DNA of 64,000 nt from Pavona decussata (lineage: Eukaryota), in assembly GCA_977016875.1 (NCBI GenBank), contig CDRNST010000015.1, positions 434,001 through 498,000 on the forward strand, in the 5' to 3' direction. Under the pieces are notes generated by a model. It was not told the origin of the DNA. It did no database searches and saw only the letters and a program-made list of their open reading frames with translations. This document shows, in pieces, positions 11,690 through 24,166 of this stretch. The position numbers and the translations under genes are program-made. Positions within the stretch are counted from its first letter, which is position 1, and each line of letters opens with the position of its first letter.

Positions 11690-12200
11690 CTACACAGGAA
11701 ACGATAAATTAGGTGGTACCAGATCGATTGATTGATTGATTGTTTGATTGATTAGTCAAGACTCTTCTCACTCACTCTTAATACAGTTCAATTATAACAG
11801 AATTGTAATTAAATTATAATCAGACAGTTCAAGCCAGCTAATTTTATTCCTGGATTAAATCGTCCACACTCAAAGTTTTCTTGCCTTGAATTCACATTCT
11901 TGTAACATTTGTGCAATTAGAAGTTTTCGCGAAAAGTTACGATAATATCAATGGATAAAGTTATATTGCCTTCCACTAAAAGGTTGACAGCAGTTTTTCC
12001 ACAAAAAGAAAACCACAGTTTTTAATTCTGTCGGCAATATTTTTCTTATCTTTTTGCGTTTTTTTTCTTTGTTAAGCTGTTGAAATTTCCATTTAACTGT
12101 ATTTTTTAAAACAGCTGTCAGAAGGCTGTCATAACATGTCTTACCGAATTATATAACTTGTTGTATGGAGAAGAAGAACGCCTTAGGAGTGTTACTAAAA

Positions 12201-12499
12201 NNNNNNNNNNNNNNNNNNNNNNNNNNNNNNNNNNNNNNNNNNNNNNNNNNNNNNNNNNNNNNNNNNNNNNNNNNNNNNNNNNNNNNNNNNNNNNNNNNNN
12301 NNNNNNNNNNNNNNNNNNNNNNNNNNNNNNNNNNNNNNNNNNNNNNNNNNNNNNNNNNNNNNNNNNNNNNNNNNNNNNNNNNNNNNNNNNNNNNNNNNNN
12401 NNNNNNNNNNNNNNNNNNNNNNNNNNNNNNNNNNNNNNNNNNNNNNNNNNNNNNNNNNNNNNNNNNNNNNNNNNNNNNNNNNNNNNNNNNNNNNNNNNN
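12201..12499. other. Assembly gap over a (CAAT/CCAA)n microsatellite
   Basis: Run of N. The paralogous position in copy B (54745..54945) is the microsatellite. Confidence 0.9.
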
Positions 12500-12850
12500 T
12501 TAATCAACCAACCAATCAATCAATCAAATACGGGAATAATTTTCATGCTCCATAAAATACTGAAGCCCGGTGACACATCCTTTAGATAGATGTGGATTGG
12601 AAAGCATGGAGAGGAGATAGTGCCCAAGAGCAGTAACACCCTAACGTAACGGTAATGAAACGTTGTTCACTGTAGGGAAAACATTTAAGCTAAAATATCT
12701 ACAATGAAATGGTAGCTAAAAAGTTGGAGAAATAGCCACGCATTGGCGGACTCCACTGTCATCTCAGGACCTTAAGTTTAAGTTGTTCCTTGGTCCTTGT
12801 TCCTGGTGATTTCATTGAGCTTTACATAAACACTTGGATAAGATTCTCAC

Positions 12851-13213
12851 CTCTATCTCTACAGGGTACATTGACCTGAAAATGCGCTCCTGGATCCTAG
12901 TACCAACTTCTGTCATCGGTGGCAGTTGAACAAAGCGCCTATCAATCTGGTTCTCGCTGAATTCTTCATAGAAATCGTCAGGTAAAGATCCGCAGACATT
13001 GGTTATTTTTATACAACCCAAAGGGTCTGTATAGGGGTTTGGACCCTGTGGCAATGGAGCGGTGTGATGATAGGTCGCTTGGGAGAATGACTCTCCCTTT
13101 TCCTGTTTCACAGGCGTCCCACTTGTAATCATTAATGCGTAGTGCTGGTTATTTTCAGTGGTGTCTACATCCATCTTCCAGTCACAATCAAATAATTCTT
13201 TAAAAGAGAACAT
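12851..13213 (-). CDS. Coding exon 1, copy A
   Basis: ATG 13213, donor GTGAG at 12850, acceptor at 13269. 3 substitutions versus copy B. Confidence 0.7.
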
Positions 13214-13741
13214 CTCAAATTCGTGTGCCTTTTAACACCAACGTTAAAGCGTTAAAAAATAGAGAAGTCTGTAAAAGAAAATTAAAAAACAATCAATCAA
13301 TAACATGTCATCATTTTTGTCCCCAGTACCGCGACTCTTTTGGCCAGCGCCCATTCTCGTACCCAGAGTCCTCTGGCTCTTTGGCTTGCGGTTGCTCGCC
13401 AGGAGAGACTCTAGAGAACTAAAAAAAAAAAATACATTTTACTTTTTCATCGTGAATTTTAAACGGAAAAACTCTGAAGAAGCACTGGCGTTACTTTCAA
13501 ACTAGGCAAAGTTTGTGAACTTTGATGTTTTGCTTCAACATGTTTTACAGCTTTCGTCTTGTTCAACCAATCAAATTGTTTGAAGCATTCTAACAAGGAT
13601 TGTGATTGGCTTATTTTAGCGTAATTTATGAGGGAGATGAGAGTACAGATGCACGCTGACGCCACTACTGTTCGTTTGGAAAAGAAAGTTTGTTTTGAAA
13701 ATGAGCGTGAATGCGTGGAGAAATAAAATGATTCTTTATCA

Positions 13742-13940
13742 TAAAACAAATGAAGAAGCCTCGACTGTCCTTTGTGCTGTTGTAAAGCACTTAGGAAGCG
13801 GCTGGAGCACTCAAGAAGTAGGGGGAAACACTCGACTACGTACGTCTCGTGTTTCCATGTACACTTCTTTCGTGCTCAAGACGCTTCCTGCGTGCTTTTT
13901 ACAATAGAACAGAACACGGTCGAGGCTTCTTTATTTGTTA
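13742..13940. mobile_element. Palindromic MITE (copy B 56204..56402)
   Basis: Inverted arms AACAAATGAAGAAGCCTCGACTGT..GGAAGCG..GAGCAC / GTGCTC..CGCTTCC..ACGGTCGAGGCTTCTTTATTTGTT. Confidence 0.7.
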
Positions 13941-14746
13941 AACCGATCGTTTTCACGGAAAGGTCAAGTTCCTACTAATTTAACTCAGACAATACTCAGT
14001 GCACGTTCTCATCACATGAGCTTCAGCTGCCTGTGCTTCGACGCCCGCTCATTGACGATCAAAGGTCCGCTCTTTGTGCATGAGTGGTCATGCCTTTTGT
14101 TTTTGCTTTCTGGTTTGTTGAATAGGGATCAAATCCACCATAAGTAATACAACAAGTACATACTGTGCTGAACTAAAGAATTCCCTATCCAAAGCGGATT
14201 TTGCTCTGTCACTGGCCGGTAGTCCTCATATGAGTACCGGAACATGCACATATTCCAGCGGTTCATTTATATCCTCATTGTAGTTCTCTTTTTTTTGTCA
14301 ACGATCGCTGCTCAGTTTTAAAAATTTGGATTCTTGCTATTTGACCTACCTACTTACCTAATTATCACCTTTCTAGCATTTATTTATTGGTTTTCATAAA
14401 ATTTGAGTTAATTTGGATGGTTTTCTCCAGTTTTAAAGAAATCGAGACTTCCAAGATAGTAAGATAGTAAGCAAAAGCTGATCCAAGATGGCAGCTTTTC
14501 AAAATAAATTTTATATGTCACTAGGTGATATGTTTTCGGCAATGGTTCAATGGCAAGGATCCATTATTGATTTCCTGTTTTGTCTCGTGATTCGAGGCAG
14601 ATTCTTGCCAACAAGGCTTTGTCTCACGGAAACTTTAGAGACATCGGGTCATGGCTGTGAATTTCTGGCACTGACATTATCAGAAAAAACGATCAGTTGT
14701 GTGCGTTCTTGTCATGTCAAACTCCCATGTGTCAACTCTACTGAAA

Positions 14747-14948
14747 TTAACCCCTTAAGCTTCAGTATCAACATCCAAATTCTCCTAATTGTTCCACATA
14801 TATTCCCTTTGGTACCAGTTGGGAGAATTTGCTTAAATACCCATGCATTTCATGTTTGTTGATCATGCCTTTAATTCTCACTAAATACATGTTTGATCAA
14901 GTAGTGATGTCTAAGGGAGAAACCTGATGCTGATCACTATTGGAGCCC
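14747..14948. mobile_element. Degenerate piggyBac-like MITE (copy B ~57205..57405)
   Basis: TTAA-CCCC left end with an imperfect inverted subterminal match (ATCAACATC..TTCTCCT / AGGGAGAA..GATGCTGAT). Right end decayed. Confidence 0.4.
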
Positions 14949-17900
14949 AGCCCAAAGAACGCAAAGAACGATGAGCAGTCGTTGGACCACGACAAAAAGC
15001 ATGTTCTTGCTTCTGCATGGAATGATCGTCATACGGTTCCTTAAAGTCATATATACGACAAATATAAGGACGTGGCATGGCATATTCAGAAGGGCAAGAA
15101 AGTGTACGGATCTTATAGACTTGTAACAGGAATTTCGTATTCCGGATAACTGAAGGGAGAACTTTAACGCCCAGCGTCCACACACATAAGTATATCTCGC
15201 CGTAAGCTTGATGCCGGTTTGACCAGCTAACCACGATAGCGCAATTAGAAAGCGCAAATTAACTGATTTTCAGTTGCCGGGCAACTGAATCAGTCACCTT
15301 GGCTCTATCGGACATTAACTGAAGTTACATGTTTACTTTGGAAGCTTACTTGCCAGCGAAATGGCAACTGAAGTCGGCTGTTGCCTCGATCTAGCCAGTA
15401 CTACATGGCGTAAAGTCATTTGGAGCATTTGCTGTTAGTCGATACGAAAAATTTGGCTGCCTTGAAGATATCGCGTGGAAAGAATCGTGCAACTTCCAAA
15501 GTTGTGGTTGACATCAGTTTATTCAATGCACGTGGCTTGGCTTACTACTGCTAACAGAACACGAGAGTTGGAACAGCGAAAGCAACAGAAATGCAACTTG
15601 GGAAAAGCTTAGCAGAGAAGCTACATTCACTGCATGGCATCATTTTGTTGTAAAGTAAGCAAATATACGTTTTCTTCTCTCCTCACATGTAGACAATAAG
15701 TACTCGTTAATTGTTGAATGTTAACATTCAAATGTATGTAGCCGTAGTAGTTTTAAATGGGTAAACTTACTTGTTTCATCTCAGATTTCAATACATACTA
15801 CATGGTTTTTGGATTACACTTTCACAAAATGCTGCAGATTTATTTACTCAAATGATGGCATTCGAAAAACTAAGCCTTGTGGCCGAAATTAGAAATGTGA
15901 CTGAGTAATTTGTGACTGATCACAACCTTGACACCGAAATGACCTCACAAAAGAGACAGTACCGAATTATTCAGCTTCAAACTATTGCCTGTACTGTCAC
16001 AACTTTTCTTTCAAAATAGAAGAGCTTACTAGGATTTAATAAGTGTTTCGAACTCGAAAGCAGGCTTCACGGGAAGAGATCTACCTCGCAGAGCAACAGC
16101 GCAAGAGGAAAATAAAACAAAAATGATATAAAAAGATAAAGATGAAGTAAATATATAATTTAAAAAAAATATAGAGTTTATGATCGTTTTGGAAATTGCA
16201 GCTTCTTCTCTTAAAATACTAAAAGACCTGGCATGAGGGTTTCAAAATTATCAACCAGTATTTTTTTTTTCTTTTTGTTACTCCACTTTCTTTGAAACTA
16301 TACCATCACTAACACAGACTTCTAGACCGATTCAGAGAAGGCCGTGAACTCAGAATTTAGACCCTGTTCGAAGTTGTCAGTTCTCGTTCACGTTATATTT
16401 AAAGGCAAGAAATTGTGTAGAAATAAATAGAGCCCAGAAGATATTTGTTTTTAAGCGTCCGGCTTGAAATGAAGTTTGCTGCACAAATTGTTGGATAGTC
16501 GCAGAACAACAAATAGTAATCGGTGAATATGCTTATATTGAATGTCCAGAAAGGCACGCTAATGAGATTCATGAACTGTATGATAGACATCACAAGGTGG
16601 CCCCTAACCTTAATTCTTATTAAAACACAAATAATTCTGTCAAACATAAAGTAATACGAAAGTGACAAAAAGGTCTGTTTTTTTATGAAGTACCCAAATT
16701 CAGGGTAAGGTGTATTTCTGGACATAAGTGTATATTGGAGATATATTGACATACTTAAAAGAAAATTTTAACCACATCGAGATCAAGTTTTGTGGAAGTT
16801 GAAAATGAAGGTAGCCCAGAAATCATTCTGTATCTGTAATTGAATGTGGTTGTTGAAGAATTGTTCCATTTGCTGGCCATTGACTAGGTGAGGTGATTGG
16901 CATGTTTATACTGCTAAGGATTTTGTTATAATTTAGTCCGAAAAACAGGTCGCAAATTTGACAGACAATTTGACAAATTTGACAGGACGCAAATTAGATC
17001 AAATTCTTCTGACAAAGACCGGACCACAAAGACAGCTTGCATGCTTCTTTGATACAGAGTCGTGAACGAGAGGTCAAGTGGGTTATTTACAGAGCTCTGA
17101 AAGAAAAACCGAGACGAAATGCTGAAGGAAATGTTTTTGTAACGCAGTTATTCTCTTTTCCTTGACATCTTTTCACGTCGTATGGTGATCCGAATCATGA
17201 TTTTCTGTAATTCCCTAACCTTGAATTATTTATACTATTGCGTTTGTGCCTTCACTGAAACACTGATGCCATTAAATGCGTTTAACAATGATAGGTTTGT
17301 GCCAAAAAAAAGCAACATGTTTTGATTTGTGTAGAGTTCAAACTTGCGCGATATTTCCAATAAAGGCTTCCCCCGGAACTTTACTAAGACGTTGAAATGA
17401 AAATCGCATATTAAGTTTACAAATGGATGGAAATTAGAGAAGTTTTTTTGGTATTTATTTATAGAATATGATTTGCTGTTTGATTATCGAATTTTAAGTT
17501 TGATTCTACAGCCAGTACAAGGCCGAGCCGGAGGTCTATATAAAAAGGGGAAATAAACCTGGGGGGTGGTATTATTGCACAGCTTTTTTCGCGACCGATT
17601 ATAGCTACAGAAGAATTCTCAGTCGTCTTTTGTGAATAAACTTCAGCAACTATGTTTACAATACACGACTTATGGAAGAAGAGGACGATTCGAGATAAGT
17701 TTGCGGTGGTGAAAACATTTCATTAGCTAGTACTGTTACAAGAAATTAAATGCCATGAATTGAATGTAGAAGTGCAGATAGATTTATTAATAGAGAGCTT
17801 GCTTCAGTTGTAGTATCGACTGTTGCTCGCTTTCTGACTTTGTTAAACTCTTTCATTCGTTTTGTGGCTTCATAAATTCTTCCCAGTTGACTTCTATTTA

Positions 17901-20900
17901 AATGACTGTGACTTTACCAAAGCTTTACAAAATAGTGTTTGGGTCATAGTAGCACAAGGACATTAATTACATGCTTTTTTATTATCAGTATTTATTATTT
18001 GGGAGTAAAAGCATAGACCACCGAATTTTTCGGTAATATTCAGTTGTACAAGTACTAGCGTTCAGTGACTATTGGAGTCAGGTGACTCCTACAAATATTT
18101 TGGGATATTTTTTTTAAGAAGCTGGTACTAAAGTGTATAGCATGAATACTTGTGCGATTTTTGCATCGACTTATATATTGCATTGTGATGCCATAATTAG
18201 GACACCAAGACCTGCTTCTGCGCTGGTGTGTTGCACGTTTGATTGAAACATTTCATCTCAGTCTACAACTGCTAACTTTTATTCGCTTTATAGTAATTTT
18301 CATTTGAAGAATTTGTAGTAATCAGTGGTGTTTACCCTTCTGACCGCGTTGCAAATGTTAAATCAGTCAAATGATTGTGAGCTGCAGCAACTACTAAAAG
18401 AATCACAATCAACAAGTTTCCTCTGTACTCAATCGAAAACTTAACATGGTCTATAGGCTACAACTTCCCTGCTTTCTTTATACAGCATGTAAACAAAGCC
18501 ATGATTTTATGAATAACTGTAGAAACATTAACATTGTTAGCATAGCAGAGTGTAATCTATAATCGAATCCCTTGAATCAGTGCAGTATCACGGCAGAAAT
18601 GTTTCCAAGTGCCGTAACTTAATTTGCTGCTGGCTGGCAGCCCAAAAGCAACATTGATCTAGCCGACGCCGCAAAATGAAGTTTAGTTCGAAACAGTTTG
18701 CCAAGCACTCAACATAACAAATCGATAGTGTAGGTGAGCAGTTCTATTTCCGGAATGCCGGAGGACAGTTTTTGGACAACATGGCGTATGTCATGCTGGA
18801 AACAGCGAGTTGTAATTAGGACTACTTAAGAGTTGTTTTTAAATTGATTGGACTCCGTTGCCATTAAAATGTTAAAACTTTGTTGGCCCGCTATGCTAGA
18901 TTTTAAGCTGACAGATTTTATGTAAAGCAATCGAATAGCTAAAGTGCAAGGTTTACTTGCTCTTTGCAGACTTTAGAATGAAATGACTTTAATAGATGAA
19001 ATTTAAAATGATCAGAATTAAAGAACACTGGTTTTGACTGCTCATAAAATATTGGTGTTATTTTCAAAGTCACACGACTTTAGCGGTCGTAAACGTACAC
19101 CACCAGAGCAATGATATAGTCGGCAAAATTCGGAGCGTTGATTCTTGTTATATAATATATTGAATTGGGCCAATTTATGGCCTGGAATCCACTACCACGG
19201 TGAAAGGGATCCCTCGATCCGTATAATGTGGGATATATCTATGCGAAGAAATTGAACCTTGCCGCACACCTTGCCGCAAAAATTATTTTAAAAACGAACA
19301 CCTTTAAATGTTTACAGAGTAGAAGCGGGGCTTTTCTCTCAAACGGTTCCCAGAAGGATTAACGGGTTTTCATATTCAGTGTTGTCTCTGTACGGGTTCC
19401 ATGTAACACAAATTAAGGCCCGAGGAAACAGGTAGTTTATGCCTCATTGTCTTGTTCAGTGGTGTTTAGATAGAGAGATGGGTGGAAACCTTCATATTAA
19501 GAAGTAAGTACTGCGAGAAGAGCCTGCCGTGACATGACAACATAATGAATCAGGATGAGGCGCTTGCGAAAGCACGTTGTTATCTACACTGACCTCCTGA
19601 AGGAGGAAAACATATTACAAAAAAATAGTTTTTATTAGGACTGTTTGTTGGGTATATGATTTGTCGCTTGCGTGGCGCAAAGTTCATGTCAATTGACGTT
19701 AGAAAAAGAAGATTCTTTTGTCTCAAAACGGCAAACTTTCTTCTCAGGATCATCTGGCTCTAAAAGGATGGTATCATTACGACTCTTCTTAGGTTATAAT
19801 CTTCATGTTCGGGTGGAAATTCCCTTGCGGCGGTATTCATTTTTTCGTACTTTCAATCTCACATTTCTCCTTCGTTTATCAGAGTAGCTAAATTGAACTG
19901 ATTTAGGGGAAAGCGCGGACGGAGAATGTACTTCTATCGTTGATTTCAAGTCGAAGATATGGAGAACCAACTAGGATTCCATTCAGTGAAGCTCTCCATG
20001 AGTTTTTTTTCCCATGGTTTAGGATATAATTAGCTTCATTGACGAATTCTATATTAGTTCATAATTTTTCCTTTGAAGATCGATCTGCGGAATGATGCCG
20101 TAATATAGCAAATGGCATGTAAGATTACAATGTTTTGCATTGGGTGCCCATTAAGTGTTGACCTAATAAAATCTGACTTCGAAAGGATTTAAACATCAAT
20201 CGAAGTAGCTTAATGTTATTTAAACTTTCTTGCATTTTGGTTCCATTAAATCCATTATTGTTTCACGATTGACTATTTTCTTTTGATATTTCCGTTGCAG
20301 TTATAAAATGAAATGAAATGAAGCAAAACAAATTCATTTAATGTAATTCTGAAGCTGCGATGTCGCCTCCATTCCGCATGATGGAAACTTGGATGGATTT
20401 TAGGTTAGTGAGCTTTTTGGTCTCCATATCCTTTGTGTAGATACAACCCGACGGCAGAAAATACGTCACTTGTCCCATCCCCATGTGTGCAATCCAACGG
20501 ACAAAGTTCAATTTTACAACAGACGACAGATTTCTCAACTCAATAAGTACTTACTTTCTTATTACAGGGAGGAAGACTAAAATGGTGGATGTTGTAAATA
20601 CAGCAAGATGATATGTCCGGCGTCGAAACCTAACCAACGCGAAGGTAAGCAGATATTTCTGAAACAAAGAGCAATATACGCTCTCGCAGCCTTATGGAAC
20701 TTACAAGACTTTCATTGATTGTTATAACCATCTTGTAATTTTGACGAGAGTGCCGTTTGACTTTTGTACCTCACTCTGTATACAGACAACAGGTAATTTT
20801 ACGACAGCACCAGGTTGTATAAACCAAACCAGACTTGAGTAAATCTTTGATCGACTTTTTGTATGATCGCGAATTATGCGCAATGTGTTTAATGCCGAAG

Positions 20901-23355
20901 AACCTGTTCTTGTTAACCATCGGAAAGAGAGACGATTTTTATTTTTATTCAAGATGATTGGTGTGGCTGAATTATAATTTCTCAAATAGTTCAAACAACC
21001 TGATTTATCATCTGGTTTACGCAGCATGTGAGCTAACTCTCTTGTATGTGAATAAATTTTTTTGGGGAAAGGTATAATTGCACGGTCAAATAGCCTAACT
21101 AAATCCCCATGCTTACTGGGTTAATTGAACTCACCTTTCGTAGAGAAAGATTGTTTGGATAATTGATCTTAATTTTTCTAGCTCGCGTGATTGCCCATTA
21201 AGTCAAAACTTTCTTCTGAGGTTAAATTATCTTATTTTACTTGCCGCTTTTTTCAGTCCTTCATGTTTTTGGTTAAGTAGAGTATATTTTATTGTAGTTT
21301 AGGTGGCGGTGCACTATTAAAATTTAACAGCCCGAACTTAGGCATCGACAAAATCAGTGCTGCTACGTAACTGAACCACATACAGCCACCTCTGTAGCGA
21401 CGGACGGACGGACGAGAAGGAGGAAGGGTCGCTTTTTTTCAGATGTTTAGACAACTCAGAGGATGAACCAAAAAGCTATTTCCCGGTAGAGCAGTATTGC
21501 TGACTACGAAGATTCCATGGAAATAAATGCATGCCCACGGACTGAGGTAAGCGTCTTCCTCATCCGCAGCCGTGATCCAAAACGTGTAATCAGTGGAAAA
21601 ATGGCTACAGGTTGTGACGCTTCCAAGAAGCTATAAATTTGTCGTGATGATGATCTTGCAATTTGCAATGCTGGTCCTTGTAGAGTGAATAACTTTGATA
21701 ATTCAACAGACAATGAAAGGTAAATGAAGGCTAACTCGATCGTTCTGGCTGGCCCTGAACAGCAAGAGCAAATGGTTTGTAATTAAGCTTATAGATAGTC
21801 CGCTTTCACTTTCGATTTCACAATTTGGAATACTTGTTTAATTTTCCCAAATGTGTTAAGGTGACTTTAAATTTATAAAAAAAAAAACTCACTTTATTGG
21901 GAAGGATTACCCAAGGACAGTGGACATATTCGTCAATTTGCGGGGTACAGTGGCGGTCATCAAATGACTTTATTCATCACGGTCGACTCATTTACGCTGC
22001 CTTTCTAAAATTTTCACTGGTTACCTCATTTAAATCCATGCCATCTACATCGTCTAAATGTACAAAAAGTAGTCGTGATTTTAAGCCGGCAATTTCTCAT
22101 GGAGCTCCACGAAACATTACAGTGGAAAATAAAACGTACGTTTCATCTCCAAATAGAGGAAACATTAACAGGACCGTATGCTAGACTCGATTCGTCGGAT
22201 CTTCAGGCTTTTCTTTTTGTCCCATGCCGTCTTGACAAGCTAAACATTTCAGCTTTCTCGATACAAGAACTTTCTAAAATTTAAGACATTCGTTAGGTAC
22301 AAGCAGCTGGATCAAAATGACAGCTGGGAAAAGACTGTGAAATGTTGCATTGTCGACTGTCTGACAATGGCTATCATAATGTCTTTTGCTGTATCCGTGA
22401 TCATACGTATAATCAAGTTGATGGTCAACTACAGATAGACGCATTAAGTTCACCAATTTTTGCTGGAGTAATCTTTTAATGTAGAATTTTCTTGCAAAAG
22501 CAAATTAAATTAGTGTCTCATTTTATAGTGTGTCTGTTGAAAGACGCTGAAAACTCGTGAACTTGCAGCATCAAAGTAACGATTTGTTGTACAAAATACG
22601 TAGATCACATGTGTAATTGTTACAGTTTAATCTTACTGATTGTGGAAACGAATACACAGAATGTATAATCAATGACACGAAGGAGAAACCTTGTGAACTG
22701 AAATAGTTCTCAAATATAATTTTTGCGTTCTAACTGCTGTAATCAAGATTTCAGAGCATTTGACGCTTACTGTCATATTGTAAAGGATCTAAAACCAATT
22801 TATGGAAGGTTTAATACTGTAACACGATCTGTTGGCAGTCGGTTAACTCACTGCGGCATCGCGTTATGTTCGAATCGGTTCGATTTGGTAAGGAAGTTCT
22901 GAAACAGGCTTAATTAGACCAAAGTCATACCCCAATCTTGAACGAACGAAATTGATCATGTCCGTAACCTAGAAACCCTAGGCCTGGTAGGCTCTTTCAG
23001 TTTTGTTTCGTTTTCTTGGTGGAGGGCTTTCTTTAAGTTTGTTTCTTTTCATTAATAGAACTGATCACTTTCAGTTAATAGTATTGTGTGCGATAGTTGA
23101 AAAGGATCAGTTGTAGATTCTAACCTTGCACCTAACCTCCATAAATTGGAAAATAGATTTTAGAAAACAAGTTAAAATACGATAGCTTCCTTCCTAACAG
23201 TGTAACAGTTAGTTACTGAAAACCCATGCCATATGACTTTCGAAGTGAAGTTAAAGCTCGTGTACCCCTGTCAGAATAAGCAGCCGTAAAAGTCTGCTTC
23301 CATTAGATCAATTGAACAGACTTGTTCGTTGTGATAAATTCACAGATAATCATGG

Positions 23356-24166
23356 ACTCGACTCCTTGGAGTTGTTATGTTGAGTTTCTGTTAATGTTAA
23401 CACGAACTGGATTGACTTTCAGTTTCGTGCTCCTTGAGTGTATTGTCTCCCAGTTCTATCATGATCAGGGAATTTAATGACAACAGGTCAGCGATGCCGT
23501 CAAATCTTCGGCGGTTTTCATACCAGTGGTTACTTTAAGTTAATTCAGCAAGCAAGCCGATTTACTTTCTACGTAATTAACCAGTAACGCTATGTTCACC
23601 TTTTGGTGGATGAATGATCCAGCGTATGAGCACTAAATGGTGTCACCCAAAAACAGCCCTTCGATTCAAATACGCGTTTTACCGTGCAAATTTTCCTTAC
23701 TTTTCCCGCGTTAGTTTGATTTCATGAAAAGTCAAGAGCTTGCTAAGAAGTGTTGTGAATCGACTTCTTGGAGTAATTGTAATGTTGAGTTTCTGTCAAT
23801 GTTAACACAAACTGGATTGACTTTCAGTTTCGTGCGCCTTGAGTGTATTGTCTCCCAGTTCTATCATGATCAGGGATTTTAATGACAGCAGGGCAGCGAT
23901 TCCATCAAGTCTTCGGCGGTTTTCATACCAGTGGCTACTCCAAGTTAATTCAGCAAGCAAGCCGATTTACTTCCTACATAATTAACCAGCAACACTATAT
24001 TCACCTTTTGATGGATGAATGCTCCAGTGTATAAGCACTAAATGGTGTTACCCAAAAACAGCCCTTCGATTCAAATACGCGTTCGACCGTGCACATTTTC
24101 CTTACTTTTCCCGCGTTAGTTTGATTTCATGAGCAGTCAAGATCTTGCTAAGCAGTGTTGTGAATC
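23356..24166 (+). repeat. Head-to-tail tandem duplication of a ~405-bp unit
   Basis: 23356-23756 and 23757-24166 align throughout (e.g. AACTGGATTGACTTTCAGTTTCGTGC; CCCAAAAACAGCCCTTCGATTCAAATACGCG). Confidence 0.9.

Larger units (their letters stand above)
6541..13213 (-). pseudogene. Copy A of the same gene with +1 frameshift in exon 2 (premature TAA at 11383-11381)
   Basis: Exons 13213-12851, 11689-11278 (412 nt vs 411 in copy B), 10902-10843 and 6939-6541. An extra base near 11390 shifts the frame. It could also be a consensus error. Confidence 0.65.
1..21547 (+). repeat. Large segmental duplication, copy A (pairs with 43209..64000)
   Basis: Window start ATGGAGTAAAGTGTTG recurs at 43209 and window end CGGACTGAGG matches 21538..21547. 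The two copies are collinear throughout and the ORF track is duplicated. Confidence 0.97.

Noticed and set aside
12118-12589. ORFs spanning N-runs (also 37412..37874)
   Set aside because: Artefacts of assembly gaps.
14911-15257. Paired ~107-aa minus-strand ORFs conserved in both copies
   Set aside because: Conservation is explained by the recent duplication. They have non-ATG starts, no motifs, and one end lies in a MITE.
16399-16900. 117/148-aa hydrophobic ORF
   Set aside because: Start, stop and frame differ between copies, the composition reflects AT-rich DNA, and no family was recognised.
20722-21027. 101-aa minus-strand ORF
   Set aside because: It is truncated by a stop in copy B (63 aa) and has no identifiable domain.
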